In this document: piece by piece, positions 28,468 through 38,309 of the stretch
How positions within the stretch are numbered: the stretch's first letter is position 1
How the letters are laid out: every line of letters starts with the position of its first letter
The notes under the pieces: generated by a model
Seen by the model: the letters and a program-made list of their open reading frames with translations, nothing else
Databases searched by the model: none
Told to the model about the DNA's origin: nothing
Program-made: the position numbers and the translations under genes
DNA from: Bacteroidales bacterium
GTDB taxonomy: Bacteria > Bacteroidota > Bacteroidia > Bacteroidales > UBA932
Assembly: GCA_020026275.1 (NCBI GenBank)
Contig: JAHHQQ010000010.1
Coordinates: forward strand, 1,174-65,173
Length of the DNA: 64,000 nt
Direction of reading: 5' to 3'

Positions 28468-30408
28468 TCAAATGTTAACGTCTTCGAGTTCTTCTTCAGA
28501 ACGCAGGTTTTTTCGGATGAAATTCTGTCGGTCCATGGTATTGTCTCCCATGTAGAATTCCATGATGTCTGAGATAGATTCCTCTTCTGCAAGAGTGATG
28601 GGATCCAATCTCATGTTTTCGCCGATGAAGTCAACGAACTCATGTGACGAAATTTCACCAAGACCTTTGAATCGGGTAATCTCCAGTCCTGTCTTAAGTT
28701 TCTTGATAGCAGCTTCTTTCTCGTCCAGATTGTAGCAATATTGTGTTTGCTTCTTGTTCCGGACTCTGAACAAAGGTGTCTGCAAGATATATACATGACC
28801 TCTTCGGATGAGGTCAGGGTAGTATTTCATGAAGAAAGTCAGTACGAGCATCCTGATGTGCATGCCGTCATCATCGGCATCGGTTGCTACAATGATGTTG
28901 TTGTATCTCAAGTCTTCAAGATCGTTCTCTACGCCCAAAGCGGAAATGAGAAGGTTCAATTCTTCATTTTCTGCCACTTTCTTTCGGCTTTCTTTATAGC
29001 AGTTGATAGGCTTTCCCCTCAAGCTGAACACCGCCTGGTGGTTGGCATTCCGGACTTTTGTGATAGTTCCGCTTGCAGAATCACCCTCGGTGATGAAGAT
29101 GCTTGAAAGTTCTCCCTCTTCCTTTTTGCTGGCTGGAAGCTTGTCATTGTAATGATAGCGGCAATCTCTCAACTTCTTGTTATAGACATTGGCGCGTTTG
29201 CTTTTTTCGCGAGTCTTTTTCTGGATGCCGGAAATTTCCTCCCTCTCGGACTGGTTCGCCTTGATTTTCTCTTCAATCAGCGGAACGATGTCCTTGTTCA
29301 TGTGCAGGAAATTATCCAAGTTGCGGCTGACGAAATCATTGACGAACGACCGGATGGTCGGACCACGGTCAATGGCGTTGGACCCGTCTTCATTCTTGAT
29401 GGTGTTGCCGTTCTCGTCCTTCATGAACTTTTCCCACATATAGGTGGAACCCAGTTTCGTTTTGGTCTGTCCTTCAAAGTTCGGTTCCTGAATCTGGATG
29501 CTGATGGCTCCGACTACACCTTGCCGGCAGTCTTCCGGAGCGAAATTCTTCTTGAAGAATTCTTTCAACGTTTTGGCGATGGCTTCTCGAAAAGCGGCCA
29601 GATGGGTACCTCCGTCACGGGTGTTCTGCCCGTTCACGAATGAAGAGATGTTCTCTCCGTAGGAATTGCCATGGGTCAGCACGATTTCAATGTCGTGCTC
29701 CTCATCTTCCAGATGGATAGGCGGATAGATCGGCTGCTCGGTCAGGTTTTCATTGACCAGATCCAGCAATCCATTTTCGGATTTGTAGGAAACCCCATTC
29801 AGTACCAAGGTAAAACCTTTCTTGAGGTAAGAATAGTTCTTGACCATGGTTTCCACATAATCCATGTTGTAATGATAATTGCCGAACATATCCGAATCTG
29901 GAGTGAAACGGACGAGTGTACCATTCTTTTCTCCCTTGACGGCAGATTTTCCGCTGTCGGTCAACTTGCCATAGCGGTAGCTTGCCCAGGAAGTCTCGCC
30001 ATCACGGAAAGACTGGACATAGAAGGAGGAGGACAAGGCATTTACCGCCTTTGTGCCCACACCGTTCATACCCACTGATTTCTTGAAGTTGCGGTCATCA
30101 AATTTGGCACCTGTATTCAGCTGGCTGGTCGCCTTGACCAGAGAATCCAGAGGAATTCCTCGGCCGAAGTCCCGGACGGTCACCTCGTTGTTCTCAATGG
30201 TAATCTGAACCTGCTTGCCGAAACCCATCGCAAATTCATCGACAGTGTTGTCGACAATTTCTTTCAACAGAACATAGATACCATCTCCCGGATTGTCTCC
30301 GTTGCCCAAACGTCCGATATACATTCCCGGACGCCTGCGGATATGTTCTACTCCATCCAGTGTCTTGATGCTGTCGTCACCATAGTTGTTCGACTTGATT
30401 TCTGCCAT
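28468..30408 (-). CDS. parE: DNA topoisomerase IV subunit B
   Basis: EHIRRRPGMYIG, KEIVDN, GMNGVG, TEGDSASG, DADDDG, RFKGLGE, C-terminal FYMGDNT..RQNFI of Bacteroidetes ParE type. Confidence 0.92.
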   Translation of the reverse strand: MAEIKSNNYGDDSIKTLDGVEHIRRRPGMYIGRLGNGDNPGDGIYVLLKEIVDNTVDEFAMGFGKQVQITIENNEVTVRDFGRGIPLDSLVKATSQLNTGAKFDDRNFKKSVGMNGVGTKAVNALSSSFYVQSFRDGETSWASYRYGKLTDSGKSAVKGEKNGTLVRFTPDSDMFGNYHYNMDYVETMVKNYSYLKKGFTLVLNGVSYKSENGLLDLVNENLTEQPIYPPIHLEDEEHDIEIVLTHGNSYGENISSFVNGQNTRDGGTHLAAFREAIAKTLKEFFKKNFAPEDCRQGVVGAISIQIQEPNFEGQTKTKLGSTYMWEKFMKDENGNTIKNEDGSNAIDRGPTIRSFVNDFVSRNLDNFLHMNKDIVPLIEEKIKANQSEREEISGIQKKTREKSKRANVYNKKLRDCRYHYNDKLPASKKEEGELSSIFITEGDSASGTITKVRNANHQAVFSLRGKPINCYKESRKKVAENEELNLLISALGVENDLEDLRYNNIIVATDADDDGMHIRMLVLTFFMKYYPDLIRRGHVYILQTPLFRVRNKKQTQYCYNLDEKEAAIKKLKTGLEITRFKGLGEISSHEFVDFIGENMRLDPITLAEEESISDIMEFYMGDNTMDRQNFIRKNLRSEEELEDVNI

Positions 30409-30644
30409 ACTGATATTAATATACTTTTGAAGCTTATCTTTTACTGCCCATGCAGCCGCATCGGGCCATTGTGCTGAGTTTCGGAAAAGCGGAGGCACGT
30501 TGTGCCGGCACTGTTCCAGTCCCATAAAATACAAATTTAACAAAAAAACATTGAAAAACCCCTCCCACTTGCTATTTTCGGTCTTCCGGCACACATGAAC
30601 ATTTCCCGTAAGGGAGAGGAAGAGAATAAACGGAGGCAGTCAGT

Positions 30645-31790
30645 CTAGTCAATGTTGCCGTAGATGTACAAGGTGATGTACGGTCGGAGGGGACAGTTGG
30701 TCGTAAGCAGCACAGTCCACATCACGTCCCCTTCCGGCATTTTGCTGGTGTCCAGTTCCACATTGATTTCTGAACTGGATCCAGGTGCGATGTCTTTTTC
30801 ATAACGGACCTGACTGTCCGGCCAGTCGCAGTCAATCTTGTAGATGATTGCATTGCTTTTTCCTTTGTTGGCAAACGAAAAACGGGCATTGATTTTCTTG
30901 CCTTTCCGGGTTTTTGGAAAGGTGAAGCTGCTGGATTGGAAGAGGGGTTGGGATGCGTTCTTGATGTCTTCTTTGCTCCAGTCGCTGAAATCTTTTATCG
31001 TGAAGGACCATATTCCCACTTTCTGATGAGTCGGCTGGCTGTTGACAAGTGGGGTGAACCAATAATAGTTTTTGCCCCAAGTGTTCTCATCGGCGCTGAC
31101 AGTATATTTGACAGTCGCGGTGGAATGGGCGGGAATCGGATTGGGGCTGACTTCGAGTTCCAGACCGGCACTTACTTCAGCAAATGCCAATTTTAGCGGA
31201 TGGCTTCCCAAATTGGCTATTTGGAAACTATCACCTTTGCTGTCTCCTTGTTTCAAGTTCCCCAACTTGATGTCTGTCGTTTTCATCCCTAAAGTCCCCA
31301 TTTGGATTGGGTAGATTTCGTTCAGTGGCTTCTTCTTTTCGTGGACCATTCCCCTCAGCCGCAGAATGACAGGTTTCTTCAAACCGGAAATATAGACGGT
31401 CAAGGTCTTGTCAAAAGGATAAGGTCCGGCATCATTGGTGTAATCCACCTGAATCTCTCCAGTTTTTCCAGGAGTTAGGGGTTCGCGGGTCCATCGGATG
31501 TTGGTGCAACCACAGGAAGATGCCACATTGAAGACGACAATTGGTTTTTTGCTGATATTTTTGATGTGGAATGAACAGTGCAGCATTTTTTCACTTATCA
31601 TCACGTCTCCGAAATCATGAATCATTTTGTCAACTTCGACAGTTTCGGCAACAATCGTCTTTTCTCCTTTCACCCGGGTCTGTGCTTCCAGTCCCGTCCA
31701 TCCGGTCAGGATGGACAACATCAAAGCAATCAAGGTCATGCAGGAGAATCTCCATGAAGGCATTTTCATCAAATCACGCATCTTTTCCAT
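30645..31790 (-). CDS. DUF1573 domain exported protein (tandem Ig-like domains)
   Basis: Signal peptide, HDFGDV...SSCGCT...PGKTGEI, repeated Ig-like modules. Confidence 0.8.
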   Translation of the reverse strand: MEKMRDLMKMPSWRFSCMTLIALMLSILTGWTGLEAQTRVKGEKTIVAETVEVDKMIHDFGDVMISEKMLHCSFHIKNISKKPIVVFNVASSCGCTNIRWTREPLTPGKTGEIQVDYTNDAGPYPFDKTLTVYISGLKKPVILRLRGMVHEKKKPLNEIYPIQMGTLGMKTTDIKLGNLKQGDSKGDSFQIANLGSHPLKLAFAEVSAGLELEVSPNPIPAHSTATVKYTVSADENTWGKNYYWFTPLVNSQPTHQKVGIWSFTIKDFSDWSKEDIKNASQPLFQSSSFTFPKTRKGKKINARFSFANKGKSNAIIYKIDCDWPDSQVRYEKDIAPGSSSEINVELDTSKMPEGDVMWTVLLTTNCPLRPYITLYIYGNID

Positions 31791-31801
31791 ATTGTTTTCA
31801 G

Positions 31802-31839
31802 ATATGACTTGGATTTGGCCTGCTAAATCCAAGTCATAT
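31802..31839. repeat. 15-bp perfect inverted repeat
   Basis: atatgacttggattt / aaatccaagtcatat with an 8-nt spacer. Confidence 0.9.
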
Positions 31840-31860
31840 TCTGCAAATATCTTTCCTTTA

Positions 31861-31891
31861 TTTGTAATTTCAAATTAATCAGATATCTTTG
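31861..31891 (+). promoter_or_regulatory. Bacteroidetes -33/-7 promoter of the ferredoxin gene
   Basis: TTTG-N19-TATCTTTG. Confidence 0.75.
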
Positions 31892-31952
31892 CATATAAAG
31901 ATACGCAGGATTGCGTAGAATAGATTGGATTATATATTAAAAAAAGATTAAA

Positions 31953-32126
31953 ATGGCTAGAATTATTTCAAGTACCGATTGCGTTGCTTGTGGTACATGC
32001 ATCGGTGAGTGCCCAGTCGGCGCTATTTCAGAAGGTGACGTATATCACATCGATCCTAATGTTTGTATCGACTGCGGTGCTTGTGAGAGCGTTTGCCCTT
32101 CAGGTGCAATCTCAGCAGATGAATAG
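31953..32126 (+). CDS. 2[4Fe-4S] ferredoxin, 57 aa (not in the ORF track)
   Basis: Manual translation MARIISSTDCVACGTCIGECPVGAISEGDVYHIDPNVCIDCGACESVCPSGAISADE has two CxxCxxCxxxCP motifs. Confidence 0.97.
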   Translation: MARIISSTDCVACGTCIGECPVGAISEGDVYHIDPNVCIDCGACESVCPSGAISADE

Positions 32127-32153
32127 TCATCTCTGACCTAAGAAAAAAATTAA

Positions 32154-32182
32154 GGTCCGTCTGTTTTGCAGGCGGATTTTTT
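32154..32182 (+). terminator. Intrinsic terminator after ferredoxin
   Basis: ggtccgtctg / caggcggatt followed by a T tract. Confidence 0.75.
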
Positions 32183-32197
32183 ATTATATCTTTGTAG

Positions 32198-32212
32198 ATA
32201 AGCATTTCTTAT
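32198..32212. promoter_or_regulatory. Candidate LysR box ATAAG-N5-CTTAT (T-N11-A)
   Basis: Palindrome just downstream of a TATCTTTG -7 element and upstream of the LysR gene. Confidence 0.55.
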
Positions 32213-32252
32213 AATCTCTGAAAAAGATAATGTTACGTCAGAACGGATAGAT

Positions 32253-33161
32253 ATGATAGAAGATTTCAGACTTGAAACTTTCATGAAAGTTGCCGAATTG
32301 GGCAATTTCACCAAAGCGGCAAAAGAATTGAATGTGTCGCAGCCTGCTGTCAGTCAAAATATTACAGCATTGGAAAAACAATTGGGAGCCAAACTTTTCA
32401 ATCGTGCCAGGGGGGAAGTTTCGTTGACTTCCAAGGGGTTGGCTTTCATGAAATACGCGGAGAAGATTTCGTATTGGTACGCTGCTGCCGGACAAATGTT
32501 TGGTCAGATGGGAAAACTGACCAGCAACAAACCAATCCGCATCTCCGCCGATCCAGTGGTCGGTTCCTATCTGTTGCCTCGTGCTGTCTCTGTCCTTGCT
32601 GCCGTTCATCCAGAATTTGTTTTCGACATTGTCCCGAACGGATGGGGAGATGATACTCCTGCCGATGTTGAAATCTCAGTCGCTCCCAGCCCGGAAACCA
32701 TGGACTTCTGGGGGGAAGGAAAACTGGTCGGCGTCATGGATGCGGTTGTAGTGGCTTCTCCATTGAACAAGAGTCTTTGCAAGGCGGCAGTTTCAGAAGG
32801 GGAAGATAGTTATGTCGCCAAGCCCTTCTCTACCATTGCGGGTGTTCATGTCTCCAATCGGTTTGTGGTATGGAATCATTACAAGGAATTTCTGACTCCT
32901 GACATCATTGCCAGAGTTTCCATGTTCTCCTCTTCTATTGAAGCTGTCAAGACGATAGTCGCTACTTCTTCTTGTTTGGCAGGTATTGTTCCTGTTTTTT
33001 CTGTCATTGAGGAACTGCAGGCCGGGTCTTTGCTCAAGATGCCGGTTTCTCTTCCTGAATTTGCCTTTGATGTTCATTTCAATCCTCTTCCTGAATTTGC
33101 GGCCAAAACAGTCTGCAAACTTCTCAAACAGTCGCTCGTCGACAGCCTGCGCAAAGTATAG
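32253..33161 (+). CDS. LysR-family transcriptional regulator
   Basis: FTKAAKELNVSQPAVSQNITALEKQLGAKLFNR HTH; about 300 aa. Confidence 0.93.
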   Translation: MIEDFRLETFMKVAELGNFTKAAKELNVSQPAVSQNITALEKQLGAKLFNRARGEVSLTSKGLAFMKYAEKISYWYAAAGQMFGQMGKLTSNKPIRISADPVVGSYLLPRAVSVLAAVHPEFVFDIVPNGWGDDTPADVEISVAPSPETMDFWGEGKLVGVMDAVVVASPLNKSLCKAAVSEGEDSYVAKPFSTIAGVHVSNRFVVWNHYKEFLTPDIIARVSMFSSSIEAVKTIVATSSCLAGIVPVFSVIEELQAGSLLKMPVSLPEFAFDVHFNPLPEFAAKTVCKLLKQSLVDSLRKV

Positions 33162-33207
33162 GACAAGTTGCAATGTGAAAAATGAGTCTGCTGTCATTTT
33201 GGCGGAC

Positions 33208-33239
33208 AAAAAAAGGACATCCAACCGGATGTCCTTTTT
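33208..33239. terminator. Bidirectional terminator between LysR and PFOR
   Basis: aaaaaggacatcc-aacc-ggatgtccttttt. Confidence 0.9.
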
Positions 33240-33259
33240 CTCTGTCAGGTCAGGCAAGG

Positions 33260-36200
33260 CTATTTGCCTGCGAGTTTCTTGTAACCCTCGTAACGGATCT
33301 TGGCGAACTCTTCTGTCGTCTTGAGCAGCTCTTCTGCTGTTTCAGGGAAGAGTTTGTAGAGAGAGGCGAAACGAACTTCGCCTTTCAGGAAGTCTTGGAA
33401 CTTGGTCCAATCAGGCTCTTTTGAGTCAAGGCTGAACGGATTCTTGCCTTGCTCGATAAGTGCTGGATTGTAACGGTAAGTCTGCCAGTAACCGCACTCA
33501 ACTGCAAGTTTCTCTTCTCTCTGGCTCAGACCCATACCGGCTTTCAGACCGTGGTTGATACATGGAGCGTAAGCGATGATCAGGGATGGTCCATCGTATG
33601 CCTCAGCCTCTTTGAGGACGTTGAAGTACTGCATTGGACTTGCACCCATAGCCACCTGTGCAACATATACATAACCATAGCTCATGGCCATCATGCCGAG
33701 GTCTTTCTTGCGGATCTTCTTGCCGCTGGCGGCAAACTTGGCGATTGCACCTGCAGGAGTAGATTTAGAAGACTGACCACCGGTGTTGGAGTAGACCTCA
33801 GTGTCGAGAACGAGGACGTTGATGTTCTCACCAGAAGCGAGGACGTGATCCAATCCGCCGTATCCGATATCGTAAGCCCAACCGTCACCACCGAAGATCC
33901 ACTGGCTGCGTTTGGCGATGAACTGCTTGTAGCCGAGGAGCTTCTCACAAGTCTCGCACTTGCATGCTTCGAGAAGCGGAACGATCTCATCAGCGATCTT
34001 GCGGGTGATCTTGTAGTCTTCCTTGTTCTCAAGCCATTCCTTGAACATTCCCTTGAGTTCGTCAGTGCAGCAGTCGCATGCAAGACCTTGAGTCATGAGG
34101 TTGGCTACAGTTTCACGCATTCTGTCAGAACCGACTTTCATGCCGAGACCAAATTCGGCGTTGTCCTCGAACAGAGAGTTCTGCCATGCTGGACCGTGAC
34201 CTGCCGCATTGGTGCAGTATGGAGAGGACGGGAAGGAGGCACCGTAGATGGAAGAACAACCGGTTGCATTCGCAATCATCATGTGGTCACCGAAGAGTTG
34301 GGTGATATTCTTGATATATGGAGTCTCACCACAACCTGCACAAGCTCCTGAGAACTCAAACAGAGGCTGTGAGAACTGAGATGCCTTCAAATTGGCCTTC
34401 TTGTCAAGAACCTCTTTGTAACCGATTTTGGTATTGAGGTAGTCGTAAGTCTCCTGTTTTGGCATTTCCTCGGTAAGAGGAGCAAGAACAAGAGCCTTGG
34501 TCTTGGCAGGACAGACATCTACGCAGTTGCCGCAACCTGTACAGTCTGCAACAGAAACTGCCATGATGAATTTGTATTCCTTGAGGTTGGCTTTTCCGTC
34601 AGCGACTTTAGGGCTGCCAGGAAGCTCGCCGGCCTCTTTCTCAGTGAGCAGGAATGGTCTGATAGCTGCGTGAGGGCAGACAAATGCACAGTTGTTGCAC
34701 TGGATACAGTTGTCAGCATCCCACTGGGCGACTTTCACTGCCACACCACGTTTCTCGTATGCGGAAGTGCCGACAGGCATAGTGCCGTCTGCGTATTTGA
34801 CGAAGGCGCTGACAGGAAGGGTGTCTCCTGCCTGAGAGTTGACAACGTCAGCGATTTCTTTGACGAAGCTGGTTGCCAGACGGTCAGAGTTGGCTGGCTC
34901 GAATTTGGCCACGAGGTTGGCCCAATCTGCAGGAATCTGAAGCTCGGTGTATTCGCCACCTCTGTCGACAGCCGCATAGTTCATGTTGACAATGTGCTCA
35001 CCTTTCTTGCCATAACTCTTCACGATAGCGTCCTTCATGTATTTGACAGCATCCTCGTAAGGAATGATGTTGGTGATCTTGAAGAATGCAGACTGGAGAA
35101 TGGTGTTGGTTCTGTTGCCAAGGCCGATTTCAGCAGCGATCTTGTTGGCGTTGATGATGAATACTCTGATATGTTTCTTGCCGATGATGGATTTCACATG
35201 GTCAGGAATTCTCTTGCAGGTTTCCTCTGCATCCCAAAGGGAGTTGAGAAGCAATGTGCCGTTCTCTTTGATACCCTTGAGGACGTCATACTTGGAAAGG
35301 TAAGATGGAACGTGGCATGCCACGAAGTCTGGAGTGGAAACAAGATATGGTGCCTTCAATGGCTGGGCGCCGAATCTCAAGTGGGAGCAAGTGTAACCTC
35401 CGGATTTCTTGGAATCGTAGTCGAAGTAAGCCTGGCAGTACAGGTCGGTGTGGTTGCCGATGATCTTGATGGTGTTCTTGTTGGCACCAACGGTACCGTC
35501 AGAACCCAGACCATAGAACTTGCACTCAGTGGTGCCTGGTTTCACGATGGAAATTTCACTCTTGATAGGGAGTGACTTGAAGGTGACGTCATCAACGATA
35601 CCGATAGTGAAGTCGCTCTTTGGTTCCTTCTGCTCGAGGTTGTCAAAAACAGCGACGATCTGAGCTGGAGCAGTGTCCTTTGAAGAAAGACCATAACGGC
35701 CACCTACGATGACAGGTGCGTTCTGTTTTCCCTGGAACAGGGCTTTGACATCCAGGAACAATGGCTCGCCGAGTGATCCTGGTTCTTTGGTCCTGTCAAG
35801 AACAGCTATCTTTTTCACTGATTTTGGAAGAACTTTCAGGAAATATTTCTCGGAGAAAGGTCTGTAGAGGTGAACAGTGAGCAAACCATATTTGCGGCCT
35901 TTCTTTGCCAGATAGTCGATGGTCTCCTTGATGGTTTCAGTGGCGGAACCCATGGCGATGATGATGTTCTCTGCGTTCTCGTCACCATAGTATGTGAATG
36001 GGCGATACTCCCTTCCTGTAAGTTCGCTGATTTCACCCATATAGCGGGCCACGATGTCAGGAATTGCATCATAGAACTGGTTCTTTGCCTCACATGCCTG
36101 GAAATAGACGTCACCGTTTTGGGCGGTACCTCTGATGACAGGAGCATCAGGAGCAAGTGCTCTTTGGCGGAATCTTTCAAGACTCTTCTTGCTGACCATG

Positions 36201-36784
36201 TTTCTCAGGGCATCTTCATCGAGAGCTTCAATCTTCTGGATTTCATGAGATGTTCTGAAGCCGTCGAAGAAGTGAAGGAATGGAATGCTTGATTTGATAG
36301 CTGAAAGGTGAGCGACAGCAGCAAGGTCATGAGCCTCTTGAACGGAACCGGAAGCCAACATGGCGAAGCCGGTTTGACGGCAAGCCATCACGTCCTGATG
36401 GTCACCGAAGATGGACAATGCATGAGTCGCAAGGGTACGAGCTGAGACATGGAAAACGGCAGGGAGCATTTCTCCTGCAATTTTGTACATGTTAGGAATC
36501 ATAAGGAGAAGACCCTGAGAGGCGGTGTAGGTTGTAGTGAGGACACCCGCCTGAAGAGATCCGTGAACTGCACCGGCAGCGCCTCCTTCACTTTCCATTT
36601 CTGTAACCTTTACAGTTTCACCCCAAAGGTTCTTTTTACCGTGAGCGGTCCACTCATCAATGTTCTCTGCCATTGGAGAGGATGGCGTGATAGGGTAGAT
36701 GGCTGCATGCTCGCTGAACAGATAGGCAATCTGTGCAACAGCAGCATTACCGTCACAGGTAATGAATTTCTTTTCTTTAGCCAT
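33260..36784 (-). CDS. nifJ: Pyruvate:ferredoxin (flavodoxin) oxidoreductase
   Basis: YPITPSS, SEGGAAG, GLGSDGTVG, two 4Fe-4S motifs, FSGACAGCGETPY, GGDGWAYDIG. Confidence 0.98.
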   Translation of the reverse strand: MAKEKKFITCDGNAAVAQIAYLFSEHAAIYPITPSSPMAENIDEWTAHGKKNLWGETVKVTEMESEGGAAGAVHGSLQAGVLTTTYTASQGLLLMIPNMYKIAGEMLPAVFHVSARTLATHALSIFGDHQDVMACRQTGFAMLASGSVQEAHDLAAVAHLSAIKSSIPFLHFFDGFRTSHEIQKIEALDEDALRNMVSKKSLERFRQRALAPDAPVIRGTAQNGDVYFQACEAKNQFYDAIPDIVARYMGEISELTGREYRPFTYYGDENAENIIIAMGSATETIKETIDYLAKKGRKYGLLTVHLYRPFSEKYFLKVLPKSVKKIAVLDRTKEPGSLGEPLFLDVKALFQGKQNAPVIVGGRYGLSSKDTAPAQIVAVFDNLEQKEPKSDFTIGIVDDVTFKSLPIKSEISIVKPGTTECKFYGLGSDGTVGANKNTIKIIGNHTDLYCQAYFDYDSKKSGGYTCSHLRFGAQPLKAPYLVSTPDFVACHVPSYLSKYDVLKGIKENGTLLLNSLWDAEETCKRIPDHVKSIIGKKHIRVFIINANKIAAEIGLGNRTNTILQSAFFKITNIIPYEDAVKYMKDAIVKSYGKKGEHIVNMNYAAVDRGGEYTELQIPADWANLVAKFEPANSDRLATSFVKEIADVVNSQAGDTLPVSAFVKYADGTMPVGTSAYEKRGVAVKVAQWDADNCIQCNNCAFVCPHAAIRPFLLTEKEAGELPGSPKVADGKANLKEYKFIMAVSVADCTGCGNCVDVCPAKTKALVLAPLTEEMPKQETYDYLNTKIGYKEVLDKKANLKASQFSQPLFEFSGACAGCGETPYIKNITQLFGDHMMIANATGCSSIYGASFPSSPYCTNAAGHGPAWQNSLFEDNAEFGLGMKVGSDRMRETVANLMTQGLACDCCTDELKGMFKEWLENKEDYKITRKIADEIVPLLEACKCETCEKLLGYKQFIAKRSQWIFGGDGWAYDIGYGGLDHVLASGENINVLVLDTEVYSNTGGQSSKSTPAGAIAKFAASGKKIRKKDLGMMAMSYGYVYVAQVAMGASPMQYFNVLKEAEAYDGPSLIIAYAPCINHGLKAGMGLSQREEKLAVECGYWQTYRYNPALIEQGKNPFSLDSKEPDWTKFQDFLKGEVRFASLYKLFPETAEELLKTTEEFAKIRYEGYKKLAGK

Positions 36785-36949
36785 AATAATATTTATTTAA
36801 AGCTTTCTATAATTGATAGATATTTTTCATTCCCAATGAAAATACTGTGCCCAAGTCGGGCATATACATTTCACAGTTTTGCAAATATAGGTATATTTTT
36901 GGTAGAAACCTTGTAAAAACGGTCCTTATTTTACCTATAAAAGGGTATG

Positions 36950-36980
36950 AAAAAACCCTGTTCTTTTTTGAGAACAGGGC
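36950..36980 (-). terminator. Terminator after fabD
   Basis: ccctgttct / agaacaggg stem with an adjacent A tract (U tract on the minus strand). Confidence 0.75.
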
Positions 36981-37001
36981 TGACTGTCTGATTGAGATTC
37001 A

Positions 37002-37928
37002 TTACAGACTGACCATGCCGGAAGTGGTGCATGCAGGTCCTGCAATACGCTTGATAAGTCCCTGGAGAACATTTCCCGGACCGATTTCCAAGAAATAGTC
37101 AGCACCGTCTATCAGCATGTTCTTGACAGACTGGGTCCATTTGACCGGAGAAGTCAGCTGGGCGAGGAGATTCTCCTTGATAATGACCGGATCGGACACG
37201 GGATGTGCGGTTACATTCTGGTAGATTGGGCAGACCGGAGTCGTGATGTCGGTCGCTTCAATGGCTTTGCCCAATTCAATGCGGGCCGGTTCCATGAGAG
37301 GGGAGTGGAATGCTCCGCCCACCGCCAAGGGCAAGGCTCTTTTGGCCTTGGCTTCCTTTGCCAAATCACAGGCCTGCTGAACGGCAGCCAGGTCACCTGA
37401 AATGACAATCTGACCGTCGCAGTTGTAATTGGCAGGGATGACAGTACCGTTACATTCTTGACAAATCTGCTCCACTTGTTCTGCATCCAGTCCTAAGATG
37501 GCGGCCATTCCGCCCGGGGCCAGTTCGCAACATTTCTGCATTTCCTTGGCACGGAGAGCAACCAGTCTCAAGGCGTCTTCGAAACTCATGGCATCCGCTA
37601 CTGCCAATGCGGAAAACTCTCCAAGAGAATGTCCTGCAACCATATCAGGACCGAATGAATCCAGTCCTTTCGCTGCCAGTTCGTCGGCAGACAGGGATTT
37701 GTAACATTTTGCCAATATGGTGGAATGTAGGAAGATGGCTGGCTGGGTGACTTTCGTCGCCTTTAATTCATCAGCGGTTCCATCGAACATGATATCTGTA
37801 ATTCTGAAACCCAGAATCTCATTTGCTTGTTCAAACAATTCTTTTGCCAAGGGATTCTGTTCGTAAAGTTCTTTTGCCATTCCAGGAAATTGTGCTCCCT
37901 GTCCTGGAAAAACGTAAGCTTTTCTCAT
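37002..37928 (-). CDS. fabD: Malonyl-CoA:ACP transacylase
   Basis: VFPGQGAQ, TQPAI, GHSLGE, GAFHS, EIGPG. Confidence 0.97.
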   Translation of the reverse strand: MRKAYVFPGQGAQFPGMAKELYEQNPLAKELFEQANEILGFRITDIMFDGTADELKATKVTQPAIFLHSTILAKCYKSLSADELAAKGLDSFGPDMVAGHSLGEFSALAVADAMSFEDALRLVALRAKEMQKCCELAPGGMAAILGLDAEQVEQICQECNGTVIPANYNCDGQIVISGDLAAVQQACDLAKEAKAKRALPLAVGGAFHSPLMEPARIELGKAIEATDITTPVCPIYQNVTAHPVSDPVIIKENLLAQLTSPVKWTQSVKNMLIDGADYFLEIGPGNVLQGLIKRIAGPACTTSGMVSL

Positions 37929-38062
37929 ATTTTAATTACAAATTTTGACTAGAAACGTATTTGTTCCGTAGTTTTTACAAATCTATAAAAAATAATTGAA
38001 CAAAAATGTATATATTTGCAGTGCTGATGTCAAATCAGATAAAGATGAGACATTTGTCACTT

Positions 38063-38134
38063 GCCTCCGTAGTCTAATGGATAGGATTTCAGATTCCGGT
38101 TCTGACGGTTGGAGTTCGAATCTCCACGGGGGTA
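38063..38134 (+). tRNA. tRNA-Arg(CCG)
   Basis: GCCTCCG/CGGGGGT acceptor, TCAGA-TT-CCG-GT-TCTGA anticodon arm, GGAG-TTCGAAT-CTCC T-arm. TATATTTG promoter at 38011-38018. Confidence 0.95.
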
Positions 38135-38139
38135 CTCAA

Positions 38140-38179
38140 GCAGCCTGCCGGACGTTACTGTCGCAGGCTGCATTTTTTT
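38140..38179 (+). terminator. tRNA terminator
   Basis: gcagcctgc...gcaggctgc followed by T7. Confidence 0.85.
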
Positions 38180-38309
38180 GGTTCCGCCGCCCTCTCCATT
38201 TTCGTTGTCCAAAAAATTGCGAATACGGCTGATATTTCCGACCGTGCCTTCCACACATCTTAATGGCGCAGTGAAACCGAATGTTTTCCACCGCTAATAA
38301 TATGTTTGC

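Noticed and set aside
28468..30408. Type II topoisomerase B subunit without an adjacent A subunit
   Set aside because: parE and parC are commonly unlinked in Bacteroidales.
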